DNA from: a virus
Virus record (IMG/VR): IMGVR_UViG_3300036766_000670
Coordinates: 14,591-78,590 of that record
Reading direction: 5' to 3' (one strand)
Length of the DNA: 64,000 nt
The notes beneath the pieces were generated by a model, which searched no databases, was not told the DNA's origin, and saw nothing but the letters and a program-made list of their open reading frames with translations. Below, one piece after another: positions 1 to 8,437 of the stretch. Each line of letters starts with the position of its first letter. Position 1 is the stretch's first letter. Made by a program: the position numbers and the translations under genes.

Positions 1-23
1 GTCAGAAAGGTATTGGAGTAAGA

Positions 24-1229
24 ATGATAAGGGATGGATTAGATGAATATTTCAACAATATTCTGGAAACCGATCCGGATGCGAAACTGGAACTTAATAT
101 TGTAAATCCTTCTATAATAGATTATCTTAAACGAATAGGGATGGAAGTGGAAAAGAGTGTTGGAGGACGTGTTATAATGTTTTATTCAAAAGGAAAAGAA
201 AGTTCTATAGATGAAAATGGGGGAGGGGGAATAGGATATTTTAGTAAAGAACTTGAAGCAGATATTCAACATCTAATTACAACCAGTGAGGATAGTATAG
301 AGTCTGGTGAGCCGGTTCTTACTCGTGCTCAAGCAATTCGGTACTTAATGCAGGACATGGATGATCCTGGGCATTATTCACATGAGCATAGAAGGGAACT
401 TCAAAATTTTGGTGTTAAGATCGGAATTTTTGAACCTTGTACAAGAGAAGAATTGGATAATATTGTAGTTATAGGTGGAAGAGGGCGAAAATATGACTTT
501 AAACGAGGAAATTTATACTATAGATTTAATTCTTGGAAACCTTTAATAGGGCACGAAGATCCAGTAGATGAAAATAATGAAGATTTAAAAAGTGATTTTG
601 ATTTGGCTGAACAAGGAGATACTGTTTCTGTTGTAAGAAGAGCGATAGAGAAGCTGGGAGGAATGGAAAATTTCAAAGCGTGGTTTATGGGATGGATTTC
701 AAAAGAAAAAATTCCATATAGACAAATAGATTCTTCGGGACAATCGCATACTGTAGAATTTTTTGCGAGAAAATATTTAAAAGGCGAGATAGATTTGCGT
801 CGTATTAGTGAAGGTTATGGAGCGGGTATTCCAGGCACAGATAAGCGTTTAGGTATTCCAGGTGAAAGATGGAGAATTAGAAGCAAAGACGCTCCAAAAA
901 CTCCAAAGATGCCAAGCGACGAAGAGTTATCAATAACTATAGATCTCGATGAAATTGTTGATAGTACATTGGAATTACTATTCGAATCTCCTAATATGGA
1001 AACTCTTAAGAAAAACAGAAAAACTCTTTCTGATGAAGAAAGAAGAATAGTTATGGATTCGGGAGCGGTATGGCATCATAGTCCAAATGGAAAAGAAACT
1101 CCTGGGGTTTGGAAATCTATAGTCAAAGGAAAAACATGGTACGTTTGTAATACTCACAGAGCTTATCAATGTAAGCCAACTCTAAGGGGAGCCATAAAAG
1201 CTTTCGAATTTATAGAGACAACCTCGTAA
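24..1229 (+). CDS. hypothetical phage protein (5' end may extend beyond the window)
   Basis: 401-aa ORF; no recognisable catalytic motif. Confidence 0.6.
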   Translation: MIRDGLDEYFNNILETDPDAKLELNIVNPSIIDYLKRIGMEVEKSVGGRVIMFYSKGKESSIDENGGGGIGYFSKELEADIQHLITTSEDSIESGEPVLTRAQAIRYLMQDMDDPGHYSHEHRRELQNFGVKIGIFEPCTREELDNIVVIGGRGRKYDFKRGNLYYRFNSWKPLIGHEDPVDENNEDLKSDFDLAEQGDTVSVVRRAIEKLGGMENFKAWFMGWISKEKIPYRQIDSSGQSHTVEFFARKYLKGEIDLRRISEGYGAGIPGTDKRLGIPGERWRIRSKDAPKTPKMPSDEELSITIDLDEIVDSTLELLFESPNMETLKKNRKTLSDEERRIVMDSGAVWHHSPNGKETPGVWKSIVKGKTWYVCNTHRAYQCKPTLRGAIKAFEFIETTS

Positions 1230-1242
1230 TCAAAAGAAAAAT

Positions 1243-2089
1243 ATGATTACATTGAAATCATTATTGTGCGAGCAAGTGAAGAAAATATCTCTTCAAAAGG
1301 CTGTTGATAATAAACTTTTTGGTCCTGTTTATCACGGAACAAACCAAGAAGCCCTTTCTAAAATAGATAAAGAGGGTTTCAAAGTGATTATGGGACTTCA
1401 TGGTACATCGGGTATGTCACATGGATATGAATATGAACCATATGGATATTTTACTGATGTTCCTCCCCCAATTCATCATCTTGGGTTCGGCGTGTATTTT
1501 ACTACTGTCAAAGCTATTGCTAAAAGATTTGCTGGTGGTACAGCAAAAGGAATGAAAGCATATTTCTTGGATATTCCAAAGAAGGAAACAATAAATTTTG
1601 CTTCACCGAGAAAAATGATGAAATGGTGGATTGAAAATGGATATGATCCGGAATTGGCTAAACGTGGCGAAGGTGGTAGGTACATGGCAACGGCAAAAAT
1701 GACCGAACAATTGAAATCCAAATACGAGGGGGTGTGGTTCAAAGGAAAAGGAATACACAGACTTTTGGATGGTGATCAAGTAGTTGTATTTGATCCTAAA
1801 GACATTTATGAAATAGATTTGTCTTTATCGAAGGAATTTGACCTTGGTGCTAAAGTTAAAGCCAAAATTGACATAAAATATACTGATAAGGAAGGAAATG
1901 TATATGGAAGTGTTGTTCCTATTGGAACAACAGGGATTATAGTTAAAAGATACGATGTCAAAAAAAATGGCGAAAGAATATCCTCTCTATTGGGCAAAAG
2001 ATGCCGAGCGATATGCATTTGATGTAAAGTTCAAAGTTGGTGGTGAAAGACAAGTAAAGGATACTTGGGTGGAACCTTTGAATTTATAA
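1243..2089 (+). CDS. ADP-ribosyltransferase-like protein, with an apparent +1 frameshift at A8 (1960-1967)
   Basis: VYHGT...GFGVYFTT...QVVVFDP ART-like motifs; ORF 1243..2022 continues plausibly in the +1 frame to TAA at 2087-2089. Confidence 0.6.
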
Positions 2090-2162
2090 CTTTTTATTTT
2101 TCTCGCTTATTTCTCCAGGAGGCATATATTTATAATCAGAAGCATAAATAAGGATTCTATCT

Positions 2163-2654
2163 ATGGCAGACTTACTAACAAACAACGAGATGTTCTTCAC
2201 GATTTGGGAACCCAAAACGAAGAATCGTTTCCTCATGTATATTGACGGCGTTCCAACGTACCTCATTCGTAAAACCGACCGTCCAAAATGGACCCAAGAT
2301 CGTCAAACGATTGATTATATCAACTTGCAATGGTTCTACAAGGGTAAGACCAAGTGGCAGGAAATTGATATTGAACTTTACGATCCCGTTGTTCCTTCCG
2401 CCGCCCAAACAGTTTTTGAATGGTTCCGTTTGTCGCATGAATCTGTGACTGGGCGTGATGGATATCAAGATTTCTATAAAAAGGAAGTTACTATTGATAT
2501 CCTCGGTCCTGTCGGTGATAAAGTTGAAGAATGGACTCTGAAAGGTGCTTTTCCAACTTCTTTTGATGGTGGGACAATGGAATGGGTCAATGATGCTGAA
2601 CCAGTACTAGTTACTCTTAGGCTATCATACGATTATGCGATCCTCCAATATTGA
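2163..2654 (+). CDS. tail tube protein (T4 gp19-like)
   Basis: EPKTKNRF...LYDPVVPS...LGPVGDKVEEWTLKGAFP...LSYDYA; 163 aa; upstream of the tape measure gene. Confidence 0.9.
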   Translation: MADLLTNNEMFFTIWEPKTKNRFLMYIDGVPTYLIRKTDRPKWTQDRQTIDYINLQWFYKGKTKWQEIDIELYDPVVPSAAQTVFEWFRLSHESVTGRDGYQDFYKKEVTIDILGPVGDKVEEWTLKGAFPTSFDGGTMEWVNDAEPVLVTLRLSYDYAILQY

Positions 2655-2802
2655 TGTATGATTATGCTGTATTGATTAGAATCGCATAATCAAAGTGAAC
2701 TTTTAGAAATTTTCTTGTTATATAATAGAGAAATGAACTTTCCGGCGATCTATGTCATACTTATTTAATGTAAGGTGACGCTTATGATCGATTTGAAGCA
2801 TT

Positions 2803-2843
2803 GCCCATTGAGTTTTGGCGTCACCTTACTCAATGGGCTTTTT
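2803..2843 (+). terminator. terminator-like hairpin, part of an alternative RNA structure
   Basis: gcccattgagt (2803-2813) / actcaatgggc (2828-2838), followed by T5. Confidence 0.65.
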
Positions 2844-2858
2844 ATTTGAAGGTGACGT

Positions 2859-3311
2859 ATGGCAAGAAGCAAAGAAGAATTAAGAGAATATGGTCGGCAG
2901 TATTATTACCGTAACAAAGAATTACATAATAAACATAACAGAGAATATAATCAAGCAAACAAAGAATGGTTAGATGTTTATAAAAAGAAGTGGAGATTAA
3001 GTCAATCCGGAAGAGTATCTCAATACATTTCACGACAAAAATATAAGTGTCGTAAATATGGAATAACTTTTGATCAATTAAACCAGATGAAGATTGACCA
3101 AAAAGGAATGTGTGCTATTTGTTCTAAGCCTTTTACAGACAGCAAAAAAGTGCATTTTGACCACGATCATATTACAGGAAAAGTTCGTCAGCTATTATGT
3201 AATAATTGTAATTGTGGAATAGGATATTTTAAAGATAACATAGAGATGTTATTAAATGCAGTTGAGTACTTGAACAAATGGAATAAACGATGTTCTCTTA
3301 ACTTTGTATGA
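2859..3311 (+). CDS. endonuclease VII-type HNH (free-standing homing) endonuclease
   Basis: CAIC...DHDHITGKVRQLLCNNCNCGIG, with a basic N-terminus. Confidence 0.85.
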   Translation: MARSKEELREYGRQYYYRNKELHNKHNREYNQANKEWLDVYKKKWRLSQSGRVSQYISRQKYKCRKYGITFDQLNQMKIDQKGMCAICSKPFTDSKKVHFDHDHITGKVRQLLCNNCNCGIGYFKDNIEMLLNAVEYLNKWNKRCSLNFV

Positions 3312-3341
3312 TATTTATAAAGTGAAAAGGATAAATCATAT

Positions 3342-4022
3342 ATGAAGCAAAAACTTTTGGAATATCTCGTTAGGCAATGTGTACGAGAAGTATTGGCCCA
3401 AGTGAGAGAGCAGGATGACGAAACTAAAGGTGCCCCATCACCACCAGCGGCGGGCCTGGGAACTGCCGATACTCCGGCGGTTCCAAAACCGAAAGATACT
3501 ACGCCAGAAGAACCATCTGAACCAGAAACTCCACCCACCAGCTTGAAAGGAGCGATATTTGTTAATCCAAGAGATAAATCAAAACTATCTCCAATCGGGC
3601 CTCTTCCTTTTAATATAAGTGATGCCGCTTTGGAAAGAAAACTTTATGATATATCAACAAGTTACATAGGACCGGAGGTAAAAGTTTCTCTTTCTGCATT
3701 TCGAATGGTTAAAGATGCCATTAGAAATCCAGGCTCAACTGTTTACTTATACTTTGGGAAATTTGACCCAGAATCAGAGGAGATATTTTTGATGGCAGAT
3801 AAAAGTTTGCAAGCAGCCAAAGATGGTACTGTTCCTCCAGCAGAACTTACTAGAACTCCTGTTTCTACTGCTTCTCCAAGTCAGTTTGATCCAATTACAG
3901 CAGAACCGGAACAATATGCTCAACAAATGACTAGTGGTGGTATGTCTCCAAGACGTGGGATTGATGAACGAATAGTCAAAGCCATAAAGAAAATAGTCAG
4001 AGAAGTATTGACACGAAAATAA
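3342..4022 (+). CDS. hypothetical Pro-rich protein, possibly virion-associated
   Basis: 226-aa ORF; TATTTATA upstream; VREVL motif at both ends. Confidence 0.6.
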   Translation: MKQKLLEYLVRQCVREVLAQVREQDDETKGAPSPPAAGLGTADTPAVPKPKDTTPEEPSEPETPPTSLKGAIFVNPRDKSKLSPIGPLPFNISDAALERKLYDISTSYIGPEVKVSLSAFRMVKDAIRNPGSTVYLYFGKFDPESEEIFLMADKSLQAAKDGTVPPAELTRTPVSTASPSQFDPITAEPEQYAQQMTSGGMSPRRGIDERIVKAIKKIVREVLTRK

Positions 4023-4023
4023 G

Positions 4024-4389
4024 ATGAACCAAAAAAATCTTCAAGAACTCATCCGTTGTATAACTCGGGAAATATTGGAGGAGTATATGGATACTCCTAC
4101 TAAAATTGGTAGTATTTCTGATAAAAGCGATGAAGATGATAAGGATATTTCTGCCATGACCGCTGTTGAAAAAGCAAAGAAAAGGCGTGAGGAAGAAAAA
4201 GCGAGACAGGATCAAATTAGAGGGGGTAAGCTGGAATTGAATGCTACAAAAAAACAAACCGATTATTTTGGGCAGCAACTTAAACAGAATAGATTAAAAC
4301 AGGCTGCTCAGAGAAAAGTTCTTCAAAATCTTCAAGCAGATAAAGACATTAGTGTTGGTGGTGCAGGTAGTATTGGTGTCAAAATATAA
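4024..4389 (+). CDS. hypothetical coiled-coil protein
   Basis: 121-aa ORF; N-terminal LQELIRCITREILEE. Confidence 0.6.
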   Translation: MNQKNLQELIRCITREILEEYMDTPTKIGSISDKSDEDDKDISAMTAVEKAKKRREEEKARQDQIRGGKLELNATKKQTDYFGQQLKQNRLKQAAQRKVLQNLQADKDISVGGAGSIGVKI

Positions 4390-4455
4390 TAAGTCAAAAA
4401 ATCTACAGAAAACATATATATTCTCAGAAGCGTGTAACAATCTGTAGAAAAGTTT

Positions 4456-5292
4456 ATGCCAGATCAAATCATTCCAATTGCAAGATCGAGTAATACTCCA
4501 TCATCTCCACCAGTCCCACCGGGATATCAAAAAATGGAATCCAAGTTTCCAACGGAAATAATCAACCTTCCGTCAAAAGGATGGTTTTATCCTTCCGATA
4601 ATCCTCTTTCTTCCGGCACTCTTGAACTTAAGATGATGACTGCAAAAGAAGAGGATATTCTTACATCTCCGAACCTTATTCAAAAGAATATTGTTCTGGA
4701 TAAACTTCTTGAGTCGGTAATTGTCAATAAAGCGATTAATGCTGATGAAATGCTTATTTGTGATCGGAATGCGGCATTTTTTGCTATTCGTAGATTGGCT
4801 TATGGCGATACTTATGAGGCAACGATGACTTGTGGTCGCTGTGGTAGAGAAAACTCCATTTCGATTGATTTAGGAAAAATGGATAATAAACCTTTCGACT
4901 TTGACAAGTATCCTAAAGGGGAAAATTCTTTCACTTTTCAACTGCCATATTCGAAAGTCACAGTTACTTACAAAATTTTGAGTAAAAAGGATGAAAGCAT
5001 CATTGATCAAGAACTCACCGGATTTGCTAAAGTGACCAAAGATTTTGCCCGACAAATTACTACTCGTTTAAGTCATATTATTACCGCAGTTGATGGTAAT
5101 TCCGAAAAAAATCGCATTCGTAAATTTGTCAATGAAGAACTCCTCTCGAAAGATAGTTTAGCATTTCGCAAACATATTCGAGAAAGTATGCCAGATATTG
5201 ACTCTTCATTCATGTTTTCCTGTGCTAATTGTGGGCTTGAAAGATTGGAGGAAACGCCGATGGGCGTATCCTTTTTTTGGCCTAACGGATAA
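4456..5292 (+). CDS. baseplate hub/tail assembly chaperone (T4 gp26-like)
   Basis: LPSKGWFY...MTAKEEDIL, CxxC pairs, FFWP ending; lies between tube and tape measure genes. Confidence 0.75.
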   Translation: MPDQIIPIARSSNTPSSPPVPPGYQKMESKFPTEIINLPSKGWFYPSDNPLSSGTLELKMMTAKEEDILTSPNLIQKNIVLDKLLESVIVNKAINADEMLICDRNAAFFAIRRLAYGDTYEATMTCGRCGRENSISIDLGKMDNKPFDFDKYPKGENSFTFQLPYSKVTVTYKILSKKDESIIDQELTGFAKVTKDFARQITTRLSHIITAVDGNSEKNRIRKFVNEELLSKDSLAFRKHIRESMPDIDSSFMFSCANCGLERLEETPMGVSFFWPNG

Positions 5293-5518
5293 ATATAAAA
5301 TCCAGCTTCACGAGTTAATATTCGATTTCTGCTATTATGGCCAGATCGAATATGATGCGGTATACTCCATGCCTGTCCAGTATCGCAATTTCTATGTTCA
5401 TAAGCTTGTAAACATGAAGGAAAAAGAAAAACGCCAATATGATATGGTGGCAGGCAAAGCAGAAATGCCTTCTTCAACCCAACAAATTGTGCGAGGACCA
5501 GCAATTAACTGTCACTAA
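5272..5518 (+). CDS. gp51-like/chaperone extension, probably expressed by frameshift
   Basis: +1-frame ORF FFGLTDKYKIQLHELIF...YSMPVQYRNFY overlapping the T7 run; no ATG at its start. Confidence 0.6.
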
Positions 5519-5554
5519 TCTTTTTATATTATCTCAATGTGAAATCCCTCATGA

Positions 5555-5860
5555 TTACTGTGACCATGCCCACTCCGGATGGACATTCAGCAGAAAAACC
5601 GCTGTCCAGGCGATGATGCAGACAATCCACAGGGCGATTTTGACAAACACCATTTTCCGCCATACATCAGGCATGTCAATCATGTTGATAAAGCAGCCGT
5701 TCGGTTTTCGCATTAATTTGCCCTCGATGATGGTGGCAAAAACGGGGGCAAACAGGCAACCGAAAATTATTGCCACAACGAGAAGTCCGATTGTGTCCCC
5801 GGCAATCCCCTTTACGGAGTTGGAGATCGATCCATTGATGTCAATTTTTTCTCTTTTCAT
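5555..5860 (-). CDS. small membrane protein (2 hydrophobic segments)
   Basis: hydrophobic stretches; own promoter TTGACA-16-TATATT (5894-5867). Confidence 0.6.
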   Translation of the reverse strand: MKREKIDINGSISNSVKGIAGDTIGLLVVAIIFGCLFAPVFATIIEGKLMRKPNGCFINMIDMPDVWRKMVFVKIALWIVCIIAWTAVFLLNVHPEWAWSQ

Positions 5861-5946
5861 GTAGCCAATATACACCCTTTTTTTATTTTGTCAAGGGGAA
5901 AAATCGTTTGCAGGCCATATTTATACTCATGGAAAGCATTTGATTT

Positions 5947-8424
5947 ATGCCACTTCTAACTGACGCAGTCAACCTTATAACCGACACCCTTCCGATGTGG
6001 AAGGAATACCGCAATCTTCAAGATGATCTGGTAGATATCTACAAAAAACAAACCACATCTATTAGAGAAATAGCTGGTGTAAATAAAAGTATTGAAAAGG
6101 GGTTATTAGAGCGTCATAGACGTGAAAAAGAACTGATTCAACTTATTAGAGATAGTAAAGAGAATTTGCTTAATGCCGAAAAAAAGGCCGTAACGGTTCG
6201 GGGAAAGGATAAAGATGCAGCAATGGCAAATGTAGCGGCTAGAAAGCAAGCACTAATTGCCCTTCAAGCAGAATATGACATGCTTCAAAAGATAAATAAA
6301 CAAGTTATGATTCCGTGGATATACTTCATGGTAAAAACCTGGACATTATTCATGAGAATGGATAAGGCTGCGGAAGCTTTGAGAATGACGATGGGTGTTT
6401 TCCGTGGACAAGTTGCCGATATTCGTTCCCAAGCACAAAAAATGGCAATTCAGTTCATGAATGTCGGTGTTACTATTGATGGAGTGTATAATGCTCTTGT
6501 AGCTCTGGGTAAAGAAATGGGAAGCATTCGTATAGCCAGTACTGCTCTTGTTCAAACTATTGCTCTTTTGAAAGCCCAGTTAGGAGTTGCCGAAGAGGAT
6601 AGTGCCGGATTTTTTAGAAATATGGCGGCTTTGTCTAAGACCACTATGGCGTCTCAGGAAAACATGGCATATTTAGCTCAAGATTTAAGTCAAGCTGCGG
6701 GAGTACCTCTTCCTACAATAATGAGTGATATTGCTCATATGTCAGAAAAGACATTATCTTTAATGTCAAGAGTTCCAAGTCAAATTGTAAAGGCGGCTGT
6801 AGAGGCTCGTAGATTAAATGTTTCCCTGAATGAAATGGCAAGAGGAAATGAACAACTTCTCAATTTTACGGAAAATATACAAGCCGAAATGGAAGCATCG
6901 GTATTATTGGGTAAAGCAATTAACTTACAAAAAGCTCGTGAATTAACTTACCATCGTAATATAATTGAAGCTACCAAGGAAATCGTTGGTATAGCCGAAA
7001 AAATAGATTTCACCAACCTTGATTATTTCCAGCAACAGGCTTTTGCCCGTGCGACCGGAAGAAGTGTAGAAGAACTTTTTAAGATGGTACAGGCACAAAA
7101 AGAGTGGAATGAAGCAAGACTTTCAAATGATCTAATTGTTAAAAAATCAGTAGCAGAATATGATAGACTTCTTCGAATGAATAAGGAAGAAACATCAGAT
7201 AGAGCACAACATATAAAACAGATGGTTATACAGCAGGCTAACCAACAGCGAATAATAACAATTCAAAATAAATGGAATAAAATTGTTGCTCAATTAGGAG
7301 AGATATTCCTTCCGATAATAGATAAATTGCTTTCAGCAGTAACTTATGTGATTGACATAGGAACAGGGGTTGCAAGATTTGCCATCAACCTTTATGGAGC
7401 ATTTTACGCAATTGAAAAAATATTCAAGTATTCTGGAAATATATCTGTAATATTTCACAATCTTGGACTAAAAATAAAGCTCCTGAATTTCATATTTAAG
7501 CCGTTAAAAAGTCTTTTTGGATACATTATGGTTGCAACGGATAAGATTTTACCTACGCTTATTAGAATAGTAGGAGTAGGATCGAAATTTCCTAAAATTT
7601 TCGGAATAATAGCTCCACTTCTCAAAACATTTGGTAAGTTTACTGGAATCATTAACATATTACTTGCTGTATGGAATGTTGTAAAATCTATATTTCATGG
7701 CATAATAGATATAATAGATGGCATAAAAATAATGTTCAACGGAAATGTATGGGGAGGAATATTGAAAGTGTTCCACGGATTGTTCAAGGCGACTATAGGA
7801 GCAATTTTGGGAGCTATTGAAGGAGTATTTGGATTTATCATAGATATTCCTATATTGATATTGAAGGGATTGGGAGCTATGGGGGTGGGTTGGGCTAAGG
7901 CTGCGGGAGAATGGGCGAATAGCATGTGGACAGCATTGAAGGATTGGTTTGGATTCTCCCCGTCTAAAATTGCGCTGTTAATTCTCAAAGGAATAACATC
8001 AATCGGGACAATGATGTTTGATGCTTTGACATATCCATTTCGTCATGCATTTGCATGGATATTGGATAAAATTCCGGGAATGGGAAAATTTGCTGGAAAA
8101 CTTCGTGAAGGAATGGGCGGGGTTCTTGCTGAACCAGTAGAAAAGAAAGCAACCGCTGCTTATATTCCTGCTGTTACAGTAACTCCCACTGGAACTAGAA
8201 TTGCTACTCCGGAACCGGCAAAAACCGCTGTTACTGCTGAAACTAAAGCAGAAAGTACTTCAGATAGTAAAACCTTGGGAGAAATTCTAGCGGCACTTAC
8301 TACATTGAATAAAAACCTGGAAGCTGGAAAGATTGGATTCTATGTAGATGGACAGTTATTAAGTGCAACTTTAGCAAGACAAACTGAATTTCGTAAAGGA
8401 TATGGAGTGAATAGCATCGCTTAA
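5947..8424 (+). CDS. tape measure protein
   Basis: 825 aa; helical Ala/Gln-rich N-half, amphipathic G/I/F-rich repeats, VDGQLL C-terminus; position in tail module. Confidence 0.8.
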   Translation: MPLLTDAVNLITDTLPMWKEYRNLQDDLVDIYKKQTTSIREIAGVNKSIEKGLLERHRREKELIQLIRDSKENLLNAEKKAVTVRGKDKDAAMANVAARKQALIALQAEYDMLQKINKQVMIPWIYFMVKTWTLFMRMDKAAEALRMTMGVFRGQVADIRSQAQKMAIQFMNVGVTIDGVYNALVALGKEMGSIRIASTALVQTIALLKAQLGVAEEDSAGFFRNMAALSKTTMASQENMAYLAQDLSQAAGVPLPTIMSDIAHMSEKTLSLMSRVPSQIVKAAVEARRLNVSLNEMARGNEQLLNFTENIQAEMEASVLLGKAINLQKARELTYHRNIIEATKEIVGIAEKIDFTNLDYFQQQAFARATGRSVEELFKMVQAQKEWNEARLSNDLIVKKSVAEYDRLLRMNKEETSDRAQHIKQMVIQQANQQRIITIQNKWNKIVAQLGEIFLPIIDKLLSAVTYVIDIGTGVARFAINLYGAFYAIEKIFKYSGNISVIFHNLGLKIKLLNFIFKPLKSLFGYIMVATDKILPTLIRIVGVGSKFPKIFGIIAPLLKTFGKFTGIINILLAVWNVVKSIFHGIIDIIDGIKIMFNGNVWGGILKVFHGLFKATIGAILGAIEGVFGFIIDIPILILKGLGAMGVGWAKAAGEWANSMWTALKDWFGFSPSKIALLILKGITSIGTMMFDALTYPFRHAFAWILDKIPGMGKFAGKLREGMGGVLAEPVEKKATAAYIPAVTVTPTGTRIATPEPAKTAVTAETKAESTSDSKTLGEILAALTTLNKNLEAGKIGFYVDGQLLSATLARQTEFRKGYGVNSIA

Positions 8425-8437
8425 GATATTTATAAAT

